This document shows positions 47,255 to 57,329 of a DNA stretch of 57,329 nt, piece by piece; position 1 is the stretch's first letter; each line of letters starts with the position of its first letter. The DNA lies in assembly GCA_002314915.1 (NCBI GenBank), contig DCHU01000081.1, positions 300 to 57,628 on the forward strand. The letters run 5' to 3'. Made by a program: the position numbers and the translations under genes. The stretch is from Bacillales bacterium UBA1744. GTDB taxonomy: Bacteria > Bacillota_I > Bacilli_A > RFN20 > CAG-826. The notes under the pieces are model-generated. The model worked only from the letters and a program-made list of their open reading frames with translations, was not told the DNA's origin and searched no databases.

Positions 47255-49303
47255 GTGATCGAATTAGTAAACGTTGGAAAGAAATATAAAGATGCCGAAT
47301 CCGAGAGATGGGTTTTAAGAGGTGTCACAGCGACAATCCCTGGTATTGGGTTGGTTGCAATAAAAGGAGAATCAGGAAGCGGCAAATCAACTTTGCTGAA
47401 TCTCTTGTCTCTACAAGAAAAATTGGATGAGGGGACTATCAGAATTAACGGTAGAAACTCGGAAAAACTTAACGAAAAAGATAAAGAGGATTTACGGTTG
47501 TTTGAGTATGGGTTCATTTATCAGCACTTCAATTTGTTTGACGAGTTAACCGCTTTTGAAAACGTTCAATTAGCCTTAGATATTTCAGGAGGCAATCCGA
47601 AGATGAATGAGGAAGCCGTGAATGCCATTTTCCAAAAATACGGCTTAGGAAGTCTGAAAGACAAGAGATGTTCAATACTATCGGGCGGTGAAAAGCAGAG
47701 AATAGCCTTTCTGAGAGCAATTGTTAGGAACCCCCGAATCATCCTTGCAGATGAACCAACAGGCGCTCTGGATGCCAAAAACGAGAAGCTGATAATGGAA
47801 GCTTTAAAAGAGTATTCCAAAGACCATTTGGTCTTAATGGTTTCCCATAATCAGAGGGTCATTAAGAAATATGCTGATCAGGTTTTCACTGTTGAAGGAG
47901 GAAAACTTGAAACAGAATCGAAAATGAGAAAGAAGAAGGAAAATCTCAACAATGACAGAAAAGAAAGAGGAAGAAACAAGTCTTGGATATTCAACGTCGT
48001 TAAAAAAAGACTCAAATCGGATTGGAAAAGGAATGTTCTTTCTTTTGCTGGCTCTCTTGTCTCCATTGGTGGCGTTCTCATCTCTCTTGGCTTCATGTCT
48101 AGTTCGAAAGAAACGCTCAACAAAGAGAAAAAGAACACCCTGCTCTATACGTCAGCCTCGGTGTCAATCCAGGAGTCGTATGAAATAGAAGGATCCCCTC
48201 TTACTCTTACAAGGACCGAACGACCATCGAAAGAGAAGATTAAGGAGTTGTTTGGCGATAATGTAACTATAGAGAATGACTATTCTTATTTCCTGCCGTC
48301 ATATTCAGCATACACCATTAATGGTGAACAGAGAGATCCGGTTCAGTTCTCACCGATATCCGACATCTCTTTGGCTGATAGGACAACTCTTGATGTGTAT
48401 GACGGAATTCTTCCTCAGCGTAACTCTCTTGAATATGTGCTTGTGAACAAAGAATTCGCATCGATGTTTAACGAATCTGTTTCCCAACATGAAATCAGGA
48501 TTTCAAATGCTGTGACGATTGAAATCGACGGAGTTCAAGATGAACTAAACTTGGAATTCGTCTTCTATATAGCTGGTGTAGTGGAGGAATTCTCCTTCCT
48601 TAATTCTCCCCGTGTCTATTATTCGAATTATTCACTCCGTTCTTTCTTTGACAGGATGAGGCTTGAAAACATATCAGCGGTCAAGGGCGAATACTATGAC
48701 GTGCTTGATTTATTAGAGGACGCAAGCGGCGACAGTCCATATGCGTCATATTCATACAATATTTTCTTCCCAGAGAGATACGGTCAGTTTGTTGAACAAT
48801 TGTCCAAGAAATCATCATCCTTGGTAATCAAATCCCAGGCATTTGAGGTTGCGGACACCTTTTCTCAACTCATTGACTCGTTTTCCGTTGCGCTCATCCC
48901 TTTTTTGGTCCTTGTCGGAATTGGGGCGGTTGCTATCACTTGTTTTACGTCCTATTCGCTTTATTTATCTAAAAGGAAAGAATCGGCGATACTTTCCGCT
49001 CTTGGGTGCAGAAGCGAGGATATTTCCAATTCTCTTTTATACGAGAGCGTAATCGTGTGTGGATTGGCCGGAATGATATCTCTGGCTTGCTCCTTCCCAC
49101 TATCAAGAGTGTTTTCCCTAATTGTTAAGAACGAAACGTCAATCGGAAGTCTGATTAATCTAGATCTTAATTGTTTTGGGATCCCGTTATTGCCGCTGTT
49201 GGTAGTTATTGTAATGTCTCTTGGTTTTCCAATTATAGGAATGGCTTTGCCTAAATGGGCAAGCAAGAGAAGTTCGTTAGTGAAGGAGCTCGCAGATGAA
49301 TAA
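47255..49303 (+). CDS. MacB/FtsX-like ABC transporter, fused ATPase-permease, subunit 1
   Basis: GTG start; GESGSGKST, LSGGEKQR, ADEPTGALD and VSH; TM, extracellular domain, then 3 TM (RKESAILSALG). Confidence 0.88.
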   Translation: MIELVNVGKKYKDAESERWVLRGVTATIPGIGLVAIKGESGSGKSTLLNLLSLQEKLDEGTIRINGRNSEKLNEKDKEDLRLFEYGFIYQHFNLFDELTAFENVQLALDISGGNPKMNEEAVNAIFQKYGLGSLKDKRCSILSGGEKQRIAFLRAIVRNPRIILADEPTGALDAKNEKLIMEALKEYSKDHLVLMVSHNQRVIKKYADQVFTVEGGKLETESKMRKKKENLNNDRKERGRNKSWIFNVVKKRLKSDWKRNVLSFAGSLVSIGGVLISLGFMSSSKETLNKEKKNTLLYTSASVSIQESYEIEGSPLTLTRTERPSKEKIKELFGDNVTIENDYSYFLPSYSAYTINGEQRDPVQFSPISDISLADRTTLDVYDGILPQRNSLEYVLVNKEFASMFNESVSQHEIRISNAVTIEIDGVQDELNLEFVFYIAGVVEEFSFLNSPRVYYSNYSLRSFFDRMRLENISAVKGEYYDVLDLLEDASGDSPYASYSYNIFFPERYGQFVEQLSKKSSSLVIKSQAFEVADTFSQLIDSFSVALIPFLVLVGIGAVAITCFTSYSLYLSKRKESAILSALGCRSEDISNSLLYESVIVCGLAGMISLACSFPLSRVFSLIVKNETSIGSLINLDLNCFGIPLLPLLVVIVMSLGFPIIGMALPKWASKRSSLVKELADE

Positions 49304-52070
49304 GGTTTTGTTGTCTTATGTGACCAAAAGGATAAACAATCAAGTAATCTTGGACAACGTCACCTATTCTTTTGATGAAAAAGGTCTTTATTGCATTGTA
49401 GGAGATTCTGGAAGCGGCAAGACATCTCTATTAGATATCATCGCAGGCGTCGATGAAGATTATGTTGGAGATTGCTTGGTAGACGGTCTAAGCCTTACCA
49501 AACTGGATGATTCCCAGAAGGCATTTCAGAGGCTATCCAAGATCGGTTATCTAAGACAAAATCCGGATTTAATTGAATTGGATACGTGTTTGGATAATAT
49601 GCTAATTAGAGTCAAACCAATATCGTCAATTAACAGGATTCAAATAGATAAAGCAAAAGGGTTATTGAAAACATTTAAACTCAAAGAAAAAGATAAACAA
49701 ACAGTAAATACTTTATCAGGCGGCGAACGATCCAGGCTTTCATTGGCTTCAATATTATTGCTAAACCCAGATGTCATTTTAGCTGATGAACCTACAGCCG
49801 GACTGGACAAAGAAAACGCAAAATTCATCTTTGATACACTCAAATCATTATCGTCTGAAAAACTTGTAATTACAGTAACTCATGACATTAAACTCGCCAA
49901 TGAATATGCAGATAAAATAATCAAGATTCAGAATAAAACAATTAGTGAAAAACTAGTAGAAACAACTAAAAGTTGCAGACTATGTAATCCAAAATTGGAA
50001 AAAAGTAAAATCAATGGCGTTTTATCGGAATGGATTCGTCATTCATTTCGAGTTTTAAATAAAAAGAAATGGAGAACTGTTCTATCGACATCACTTATGT
50101 CGTTCTCCCTCTTTTCTTTGGGCTTATCAATTTATATGAAAAGGGATTTGAATACTCGGCTTGACGCCTGTTTATCATCGCTTGTTGGTGAGAATTCTAT
50201 AGTAATGAAAAAACGAAATTCCAATGAATCTAGTTTAGGCAGGATTATTGCGGCATCATCTGAATCGATTACATCAATTAAAAATGAATATTCCGATATT
50301 GTTATAGATAGCGGAATCACATACTTAGCCAATTTCGAAGACTACTTTCCTCAAGAAAATAACGCTTATCTAATCATTCATGGATCGGAGTATGTTTTAC
50401 CTTCTTTTTCTGTGCGCACCTTTTCTGATTTTATCTGGCTTGATGGCATGGGCTCTTCAACCGTTTATCCCGAGATGCCGGTTGTTATGGAGAATAGTCA
50501 GATTGTTTTAGGACTCACCTATGAACAGATGTCAAATGCTTGCTTCAGAATTGGCATCAATAGAACCTTTAACGATCTCGGCAATTATATATCCCATAAA
50601 AGTCTCGAACTAATTCTCAAGATGCAAAACGACTCCTGGGCCTATGTTGATGAACAAATATTTACAGTAGTAGGAGTGGTTCAATCCTCTTCCCCCACAA
50701 TCTATCACCTGAATCATTCGTTCAATGAATATGTTCTCGAAGAAAAGATGAGGTTTCCTTCTTCAGATGAACGAGATGACAGTTTGCCTTGGATTCTTCA
50801 AAAGCTATTTTATATAGAGCCTTCAATCCCAAAAGGCGATTTTATAAATGAGATAAGGAAAGACCAATCGTATGCGGATTTTGTTTTCGAACCATCTAGT
50901 TACACGTATGAGAAGACACATGAGAAAGAGAACCGCCCTACAGCGTTGAATCGCCTCTATGTTTTTCAGGCGGATAAACGATCATTAGGGTTTGGGTTGC
51001 CTGAGTCAATTGTTAGAGGTGGTGGCATCGATTCATATTCTATGTTTGGCGAGTATAGCTATGCGGTGTTTCCAGATTCTTTAGCAGGCGGTTTTTATAA
51101 TCCATTCTTCTTATCAGACAAAGCCGATAGTGCGGAATCAACAGGCGATGCCGCTTCCAAAGTGAGAATGGAACAAGCTTATTCAACTATCGATGTTCCA
51201 AACGATGTTCTCCAAGGCAGTTATCTGTTGCCAAGAACCAAAGGTCTTACATTTTCTTCTGATTTCCGAGAATTGATATCTGGAAGAACGCCAGAAGGGA
51301 TTGAAGAAATATGCATATCAAAAACAATTGCAGAAAAGTTTGGATACCCAGAACGTCTTTTCGTTTCCGGTTGTATTTCGTGGGATCAAGAAGGCGATTA
51401 TCTAAATAGGGAATATGTATCTGCTGAAATAAAAGTGGTAGGAGTTGTTAATTCAGATTGCAACATCATTTATGGAATACCTACATGGAATATTGATTTT
51501 TGGCGAGATGTACTGGGAATGTCAGCATTTCTTTTGGAGCCAACTACCGCTGTATTCTACACATACGGAAACGATGAAGCCCTTTTAAAAGATATCTCTG
51601 CTAGATATCAGAATTACTCCTTTTCTTGTCCGTCGTTAGCAGTCCAATCCAGCCTTGTTGTGGTCACCTCTTATCTCTCAATAGTGTTGGTATTTGCTTC
51701 CGCTTTAACGCTGTTGATTGGAGTTATTCTTTTTGCCACAGTAAGCATGCTCACATCCATGGAACAAATCAAGGAGGGCAGAACTTTGTTCTATATGGGA
51801 TTTAGAAAATCAGATATCCACGACATGTATGTCACTCACTCGACTGTTTTGATTTTGGGTTCCCTTTTTGGGTCTTGTTTAGGGGTTCTGGTGTCTGAGT
51901 TTCTTGTTGACCAGGCTATTCAGAATAGTTTTGGTGTCAGCCTTCCGTTTAGGTTTGATTCGATTCCAATCTTGTCTGTTTTTTGTTTTGGTATCGTAAC
52001 ATTGTTGCTTGTCTCCATGGTTTTAAAACGTTGGGTTTATGGTCGCAATTACAGATTAGAGAAAAGATGA
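49296..52070 (+). CDS. MacB/FtsX-like ABC transporter, fused ATPase-permease, subunit 2 with longer extracellular region
   Basis: GDSGSGKT, LSGGERSR, ADEPTAGLD and VTHD; TM, large extracellular domain, then 3 TM; overlaps subunit 1 by 8 nt. Confidence 0.86.
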   Translation: MNKVLLSYVTKRINNQVILDNVTYSFDEKGLYCIVGDSGSGKTSLLDIIAGVDEDYVGDCLVDGLSLTKLDDSQKAFQRLSKIGYLRQNPDLIELDTCLDNMLIRVKPISSINRIQIDKAKGLLKTFKLKEKDKQTVNTLSGGERSRLSLASILLLNPDVILADEPTAGLDKENAKFIFDTLKSLSSEKLVITVTHDIKLANEYADKIIKIQNKTISEKLVETTKSCRLCNPKLEKSKINGVLSEWIRHSFRVLNKKKWRTVLSTSLMSFSLFSLGLSIYMKRDLNTRLDACLSSLVGENSIVMKKRNSNESSLGRIIAASSESITSIKNEYSDIVIDSGITYLANFEDYFPQENNAYLIIHGSEYVLPSFSVRTFSDFIWLDGMGSSTVYPEMPVVMENSQIVLGLTYEQMSNACFRIGINRTFNDLGNYISHKSLELILKMQNDSWAYVDEQIFTVVGVVQSSSPTIYHLNHSFNEYVLEEKMRFPSSDERDDSLPWILQKLFYIEPSIPKGDFINEIRKDQSYADFVFEPSSYTYEKTHEKENRPTALNRLYVFQADKRSLGFGLPESIVRGGGIDSYSMFGEYSYAVFPDSLAGGFYNPFFLSDKADSAESTGDAASKVRMEQAYSTIDVPNDVLQGSYLLPRTKGLTFSSDFRELISGRTPEGIEEICISKTIAEKFGYPERLFVSGCISWDQEGDYLNREYVSAEIKVVGVVNSDCNIIYGIPTWNIDFWRDVLGMSAFLLEPTTAVFYTYGNDEALLKDISARYQNYSFSCPSLAVQSSLVVVTSYLSIVLVFASALTLLIGVILFATVSMLTSMEQIKEGRTLFYMGFRKSDIHDMYVTHSTVLILGSLFGSCLGVLVSEFLVDQAIQNSFGVSLPFRFDSIPILSVFCFGIVTLLLVSMVLKRWVYGRNYRLEKR

Positions 52071-52157
52071 TGTAAATAAATATTTACTTTCTTGCTCATA
52101 AAGTTAAAAATAAAGTTCAGTAAGTTTTTCCGAACATACTAGAAAGGTTGGGAGTCA

Positions 52158-52364
52158 ATGAAGGGAACAGTCAAAATGTTCAACAAGGAAAAAGGCTTTG
52201 GTTTCATCCACGGTGAGGATAACAAAGATTACTTCTTCCATTACAGCGACATCAACATGGAAGGCTACAAGACAGCAGAGCAGGGCGAGAAGGTCGAGTT
52301 CGAAGTCAAAGAGTCTGATCGTGGACCACGCGCTGGCGACATCAAGAAAGAAAAAGTCGACTAA
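52158..52364 (+). CDS. Cold-shock domain protein
   Basis: GTVKMFNKEKGFGFI and FFHYS (RNP1/RNP2). Confidence 0.93.
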   Translation: MKGTVKMFNKEKGFGFIHGEDNKDYFFHYSDINMEGYKTAEQGEKVEFEVKESDRGPRAGDIKKEKVD

Positions 52365-52387
52365 TCTGTCTAGTTGAAATGCAGATT

Positions 52388-52414
52388 GACCCTGATTATT
52401 CAGGGTTTTCTTTT
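52388..52414 (+). terminator. Intrinsic terminator
   Basis: ACCCTGA-ttat-TCAGGGT plus T-rich run. Confidence 0.8.
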
Positions 52415-52474
52415 GTCTTTATGTTGTTTATTTTGACTAGAGATATATAATCTCTACGGAACAAAGAGGTTTTT

Positions 52475-53584
52475 ATGTCACTTAAAGCAGGTATCGTCGG
52501 TCTTCCAAACGTAGGAAAATCAACACTATTCAACGCAATTACTAACTCACACATCTTAGCTGAGAACTATCCATTCGCTACCATCAACCCAAACTCGGGT
52601 GTTGTTAAGGTTCCGGATGAGAGACTCGATTATTTAACCGATCTCTTCAACCCTAAGAAAAAGATTAACGCAACATTCGAATTCTATGATATTGCAGGAC
52701 TTGTCAAAGGCGCCTCCAAAGGAGAAGGTCTTGGAAACCAGTTCCTTGCAGCCATCAGAGAGTCTGATGCAATTGTTGAAGTTGTCCGTTGCTTTGAGTC
52801 AGCGGACATCATTCACGTCGAAGATTCTGTTGACCCAGCAAGAGACATCGACATTATCAACCTTGAACTCGCAATGGCGGATTTAGATTCTGTTACAAAT
52901 AGAATGGGAAAGCTTGACGCAAAGGCAAGACTCGCTAAAGACAAGACAGCAATTTATGAGATGGCAATCCTCTCTCAGATCAAACCGTTGCTTGAAGATG
53001 GACGTCCAGCTCGTGCGGTTGAAGGCTTAACAAAAGAACAGTACGAATACGCAAGAAAGAATTTCTTCCTCTTAACAATGAAGCCAATTCTTTATGTTGC
53101 TAACGTCGCTGACACCGATTATATGGATATCGAAGGCTGCAAACACTATCAGACAGTCAAAGCAATCGCTGAAGCAGAACATACTGTTTGCATCCCTGTA
53201 TCATGCCAGATTGAGTATGAAATCTCACAGTTGGAAGGTGATGAGAAGAAGGAGTTCCTTGAAACTCTCGGAGCTTCTGAATCGGGATTGGACAAACTTA
53301 CAAAGGCAGCATATAAGCTCCTTAACCTCTCGACGTTCTTAACTTGTGGAACAGATGAGTGCCGTGCTTGGACATTTATGAATGGCATGACCGCTCCTCA
53401 GTGCGCAGGCGTAATTCACTCCGATTTCGAAAAAGGATTCATCAAGGCTGAGATATACAGCTTTGAAGATATCGTTAAGTACAAGACAGAACTCGGCGTA
53501 AAAGAAGCCGGTAAGCTTCGTATGGAAGGAAAGGAATACGTGATGAAAGACGGTGACATCGTCTTCTTCCGTTTCAATGTATAA
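52475..53584 (+). CDS. ychF: Redox-regulated ATPase YchF
   Basis: [36 protein letters not shown] and TGS domain. Confidence 0.97.
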   Translation: MSLKAGIVGLPNVGKSTLFNAITNSHILAENYPFATINPNSGVVKVPDERLDYLTDLFNPKKKINATFEFYDIAGLVKGASKGEGLGNQFLAAIRESDAIVEVVRCFESADIIHVEDSVDPARDIDIINLELAMADLDSVTNRMGKLDAKARLAKDKTAIYEMAILSQIKPLLEDGRPARAVEGLTKEQYEYARKNFFLLTMKPILYVANVADTDYMDIEGCKHYQTVKAIAEAEHTVCIPVSCQIEYEISQLEGDEKKEFLETLGASESGLDKLTKAAYKLLNLSTFLTCGTDECRAWTFMNGMTAPQCAGVIHSDFEKGFIKAEIYSFEDIVKYKTELGVKEAGKLRMEGKEYVMKDGDIVFFRFNV

Positions 53585-53585
53585 C

Positions 53586-54065
53586 ATGAAATTCAGAGTA
53601 GGTTACGGTGAAGATATCCATCGTTTGGTTCCCGATAAGAGACTGATAATTTGCGGAACGGAACTTCCATTCCACATGGGTTTGGACGGGCACTCAGACG
53701 CGGATGTCGGATATCATGCAGTATGCGATGCTATCCTTGGCGCACTTGCGCTCGGAGACATCGGCAAATACTTTCCGCCTTCAGATGAAACGACTGAAGG
53801 AATTGACAGCGCCATTATTGTCAGTAAGTGCATTTCTCTTATGAGAGAAAAAGACTTCGAAATAAATAATGTCGATGTAATTATTTATACCGAAGCTCCA
53901 AAGCTTCGAAACTTTATCGATACGATGCGAGTAAATCTCGCTCGTGCCCTTGAGTGCGATGTTGACGTCGTATCAATCAAGGCAAAGACGAATGAAGGAC
54001 TTGATTCGGTTGGAGAAAGAAAAGCCATCAGAGCAAGTGCCATCGTCTCATTAGTGGAGGACTGA
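53586..54065 (+). CDS. ispF: 2-C-methyl-D-erythritol 2,4-cyclodiphosphate synthase
   Basis: RVGYGEDIH, GHSDADV..HA, GDIG..FP and KAKTNEG motifs. Confidence 0.95.
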   Translation: MKFRVGYGEDIHRLVPDKRLIICGTELPFHMGLDGHSDADVGYHAVCDAILGALALGDIGKYFPPSDETTEGIDSAIIVSKCISLMREKDFEINNVDVIIYTEAPKLRNFIDTMRVNLARALECDVDVVSIKAKTNEGLDSVGERKAIRASAIVSLVED

Positions 54066-54067
54066 TT

Positions 54068-55696
54068 ATGACAAATGAAGAATTATTAAAATCTGCCATT
54101 AAAGAAGCCTTATCCAGTTGCGGAATCGAAGCGCTTGATAGCGAAATCGCTATTGAGAGAACTAGAGATGCTGCTCACGGCGACTATGCTTCAAACGTAG
54201 CTATGCGTCTATCCCGTAAGGCGGGAAAGAAGCCTGTTGATCTAGCGAATGAGTTAATTGGAAACATCCATTCAGACAATATCGAGAAAATCGAGATTGC
54301 CGGACCTGGATTCATCAACTTCTTTATTAAGAAAGCTTCCCTCGGCTCAATCATTACTACAATCATTGAAAAGGGAACTGACTTCGGCCAGGCTGAACCA
54401 AACGGAAAGAAAATCAACGTTGAATTCGTTTCCGCTAACCCAACCGGTGAATTGCACCTCGGACATACAAGGGGTGCTGCATTAGGCGATGCTACCGCAA
54501 ATCTTTACAAGAAAGCTGGTTATGATACAACCAAAGAATACTATGTTAACGATTGTGGAAACCAGGTTGCTCACTTAGGCAACTCAATCAGATGCCGTTA
54601 TCACGAATTGTTCGGTGAACCATGTGAACTCGGTGATGATGATTACCATGGCGTTGGCTTAATAAAGATAGCTCAGGAAATCAAAGACAAGTACGGTGAT
54701 TCAAAACTCGTTGATAACGAGGAGACAAAAGCGTTCTTCGTCAGATATGGAATCGATGCTAACTTGGCCGGTATCAAAAAGGATATGGCCGACTTCGGAG
54801 TTGTCTTTGACAAATTCTCATACGAATCAGATATCCGTAAGGGAAATACAATTGAAGCAACCCTTCAGGAACTCAAGGACAAGGGTTATGTCTATGAGAA
54901 AGAAGGCGCAACATATTTAAATACATCAGCGTTCTGTGATGACAAGGATAGACCTGTCATCAAGGCAGACGGATGCTACACATACTTCATGCCAGACATC
55001 TGCTATCACTACAACAAGATGTCTAGAGGATATGACTTAATCGTTGATATGCTAGGAGCTGACCATCACGGTTACATTAACCGTATGAAATCTGCTCTTA
55101 TGATGAAGGGTTACAGCAAAGGAGCTCTAGAAGTCGAAATCTATCAGATCGTCAGAGTTTACAAGGATGGCGAAGAGGTCAAGATGTCAAAGAGAACCGG
55201 AAAAGCTGTCGCTCATCGTGAACTCGTTGAGTGGTGTGGCAAAGATGCAGTCAGATATCTCTTCTGCGAGAGAAGCGGTGACACACACTTAGACTTCAAC
55301 CTCGACCTAGCCTTGGCTAAGAGCAAAGAGAACCCTGTCTACTATGCACAGTATGCACACGCTAGATGTCATTCATTACTCGAACTCGGCAAGGATATCG
55401 GAATTGATTCAACTGGATCAAAGTTATCCGGACAGAAAGAAAGCGATATTTTAAAGCAACTTGCTGAATTTCCGAGTATGATATTGAGTGCTGCGGAGGC
55501 AAGAGCACCTTATAAGGTGGCTGGTTACATCCAGAAACTTGCCCAAACAATCCATGAATATTACGCAGCAACTAAGATCATTGATAGAAATGACTTAGAT
55601 GGAACTAAGGCAAGACTCGGCTTAATCCAGGCTTGCGAAATTGTTATCAAAGATGCCTTGGCAATCCTTGGCGTCACAGCACCTGATAAAATGTAA
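54068..55696 (+). CDS. argS: Arginine-tRNA ligase
   Basis: AGPGFINF, EFVSANPTG.LHLGH, MSKR.G and YAQYAHAR motifs. Confidence 0.97.
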   Translation: MTNEELLKSAIKEALSSCGIEALDSEIAIERTRDAAHGDYASNVAMRLSRKAGKKPVDLANELIGNIHSDNIEKIEIAGPGFINFFIKKASLGSIITTIIEKGTDFGQAEPNGKKINVEFVSANPTGELHLGHTRGAALGDATANLYKKAGYDTTKEYYVNDCGNQVAHLGNSIRCRYHELFGEPCELGDDDYHGVGLIKIAQEIKDKYGDSKLVDNEETKAFFVRYGIDANLAGIKKDMADFGVVFDKFSYESDIRKGNTIEATLQELKDKGYVYEKEGATYLNTSAFCDDKDRPVIKADGCYTYFMPDICYHYNKMSRGYDLIVDMLGADHHGYINRMKSALMMKGYSKGALEVEIYQIVRVYKDGEEVKMSKRTGKAVAHRELVEWCGKDAVRYLFCERSGDTHLDFNLDLALAKSKENPVYYAQYAHARCHSLLELGKDIGIDSTGSKLSGQKESDILKQLAEFPSMILSAAEARAPYKVAGYIQKLAQTIHEYYAATKIIDRNDLDGTKARLGLIQACEIVIKDALAILGVTAPDKM

Positions 55697-55711
55697 AAAG
55701 GAGAAACAAAC

Positions 55712-56122
55712 ATGAACAAGAGCATGCTCGATGTGGCCCTTGAGGTCATCACAAAGAAGGGACAGCAGATGTCCTTTGCAGACTTATTCGCAGCAGTCAA
55801 AGCTGAGCTTGGATTAGCTGACGAAGAAGCAAACAAACACCTTGGTGAGTTCTATACAGAACTTACACTCGACAGCCACTTTGTCGCTTTAACCGACAAC
55901 TGGTGGGATCTCCGCGATAGACACACATACGAGAAAGTCCACATTGATGTTGCTGACGTCTACACCGATGTCGAAGACAACGCTAACAAGGACGAAGAGG
56001 ATCTTAAGGAAGAGCAGGAATACAACGCTGAAGTCGAAGGTTCTATCATCGCTGACGATGAAGAAGAATCAGAAGACGATGACGAGAAGCCTTCTAAGGT
56101 TAACGCAGACGACCTTCTTTAA
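55712..56122 (+). CDS. rpoE: RNA polymerase delta subunit
   Basis: SMLDVA, FYTELTLD..F.....W.LR motifs and acidic tail. Confidence 0.9.
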   Translation: MNKSMLDVALEVITKKGQQMSFADLFAAVKAELGLADEEANKHLGEFYTELTLDSHFVALTDNWWDLRDRHTYEKVHIDVADVYTDVEDNANKDEEDLKEEQEYNAEVEGSIIADDEEESEDDDEKPSKVNADDLL

Positions 56123-56135
56123 TCCTATGCAATTG

Positions 56136-56162
56136 AAGCAGGTTCACGCCTGCTTTTCTTTT
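56136..56162 (+). terminator. Intrinsic terminator
   Basis: AAGCAGG...CCTGCTT plus T-run. Confidence 0.8.
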
Positions 56163-56173
56163 CGGAGCACATT

Positions 56174-56956
56174 ATGTGGGAAAAACAATTAGAAAAAATG
56201 ATTGAAGCAGCTTATGCTGCCGAGGTCAAAATCAAAGAAATATACAACACTGATTTTGATGTTGAGATCAAGTCTGACGATTCTCCGGTAACGAAAGCTG
56301 ACAAAACCGCTGATAACCTCATTAGAGAGATGTTGTCAAAAGAATTCCCGGAATATGGTTTTTTAACTGAGGAGTCAAGAGACACAAAGGAAAGACTTTC
56401 AAAGGAAGACATCATTATCGTAGACCCTGTTGATGGAACTAAGGAGTTCGTTAACAGAAACGGTGAGTTTACAACCAATATCGCCTTGGCACATAACCAC
56501 GAAATTGTCGTTGGAGTTATCAACGTTCCAATGAAAGGTGTTTTGTATTATGCAATCAAGGGACAAGGCGCATGGCGTCTAGAAAAAGGAAAAGAACCGG
56601 TACAAATCCATGTTTCTAGTAAAGTAGGCACTGGTTTAATCGCTTTAAGATCACGTTCTTTCTTCAACGAGAAGGAATCTCTTATGATGGAAAAACACAA
56701 AGACCAGATCACAGAAGTAAAAATATATGGTGCCGCTCTTAAGTTCTGCAAAATCGCAGAAGGTGACGCAGAGATTCAGTACAGGTTCTCAAGCAACACA
56801 AAAGAGTGGGATGTAGCACCTGGCAATCTTCTTGTTTTGGAGGCTGGTGGCGTTATGGTCAAACCTGATCTAACGACCTATTCATACAATCGTGAAGACC
56901 CTTACAACAGAGAGGGTTATATCCTTGCAAACTGCATCGAAAACGTTCTCTTGTAA
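56174..56956 (+). CDS. cysQ: 3'(2'),5'-bisphosphate nucleotidase CysQ / inositol monophosphatase family
   Basis: KSDDSPVT.AD, TEE, VDPVDGTKEF and EWD.A motifs. Confidence 0.88.
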   Translation: MWEKQLEKMIEAAYAAEVKIKEIYNTDFDVEIKSDDSPVTKADKTADNLIREMLSKEFPEYGFLTEESRDTKERLSKEDIIIVDPVDGTKEFVNRNGEFTTNIALAHNHEIVVGVINVPMKGVLYYAIKGQGAWRLEKGKEPVQIHVSSKVGTGLIALRSRSFFNEKESLMMEKHKDQITEVKIYGAALKFCKIAEGDAEIQYRFSSNTKEWDVAPGNLLVLEAGGVMVKPDLTTYSYNREDPYNREGYILANCIENVLL

Positions 56957-57044
56957 ATACATGAAAACAATGTAAGAAATTACATTACAAAATACTTTGT
57001 ATTTAACCATAAAGAAATTAAAATATTCATCGGAGGAATTTAAC

Positions 57045-57281
57045 ATGCAGGCTTATATCTCTTGGATGGATAAGCAGTCAAAGTTAGTCAAGATCATCCT
57101 TTGCATCTGGATCCTTGATATCACATGGGCTGTCTACCGTATTCTTGGCGCTGTTAAGAATAAAAACTGGCTCCACCTCGTTCTCGCAATTCTCTGGATT
57201 GTTGCAGCAGGTACAGTCGGATGGGTTCTTGATATCGTTTGGATCGTTCTTTTCGACAGAGTTTTCTGGTTCAAAGAGTAA
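57045..57281 (+). CDS. Small Trp-rich membrane protein
   Basis: GGAGG SD, 78 aa and mostly hydrophobic; followed by a terminator. Confidence 0.75.
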   Translation: MQAYISWMDKQSKLVKIILCIWILDITWAVYRILGAVKNKNWLHLVLAILWIVAAGTVGWVLDIVWIVLFDRVFWFKE

Positions 57282-57300
57282 TCACACAACAAGAAAGAAC

Positions 57301-57329
57301 AGCGGACTTATGGTCCGCTTTTTCTTTTT
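57301..57329 (+). terminator. Intrinsic terminator
   Basis: AGCGGAC-ttatg-GTCCGCT plus T-run. Confidence 0.85.

Noticed and set aside
1-57329. Recoded genetic code (TGA=Trp), CRISPR array, tRNA/rRNA, transposase or integrase
   Set aside because: TGA terminates conserved genes at expected positions (for example mnmG, miaA, ispF), and no regular repeat-spacer array, cloverleaf or recombinase ORF was seen.

Overview
A 57 kb gene-dense chromosomal segment from a reduced-genome, probably gut/rumen member of the Bacilli (Erysipelotrichales/RFN20-like by gene content; inference). It uses the standard code 11: TGA is a stop and TGG encodes Trp. The left ~21 kb is accessory and surface-related: large modular lipoproteins, MscL, a CrtI-family oxidoreductase coupled to an FNR-[2Fe-2S] reductase, a permuted GH3, recX-yhaM, HIT and two coupled PrsA-like lipoproteins. 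The rest is compacted Bacillus-like housekeeping synteny: sufCDSUB-mnmG-rsmG-parB, FMN riboswitch-ribU, GH43, fer, cmk-der-hup-cca-dnaD-nth, recU, gpsB-rnpB-pgsA-cinA-recA-rny-miaB-miaA, two MacB-like ABC fusions, csp, ychF-ispF-argS-rpoE-cysQ. Best candidates for novelty: (1) a 45-bp element with identical spacing (TTTTAGGG-A-tract...A.T.GAGG) upstream of recA, recX-yhaM and an uncharacterised tandem MacB-like ABC pair, suggesting an alternative-sigma recombination/competence regulon; (2) a P80/P60/HinT-like locus built from duplicated PrsA/parvulin lipoproteins; (3) a MiaB-RicA(YmcA)-like fusion next to RNase Y; (4) a variant FMN riboswitch; (5) a half-size CCA-adding enzyme; (6) many apparently leaderless genes. 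No tRNA, rRNA, CRISPR array or mobile element was seen. All family calls come from motif recognition by eye, not database searches.
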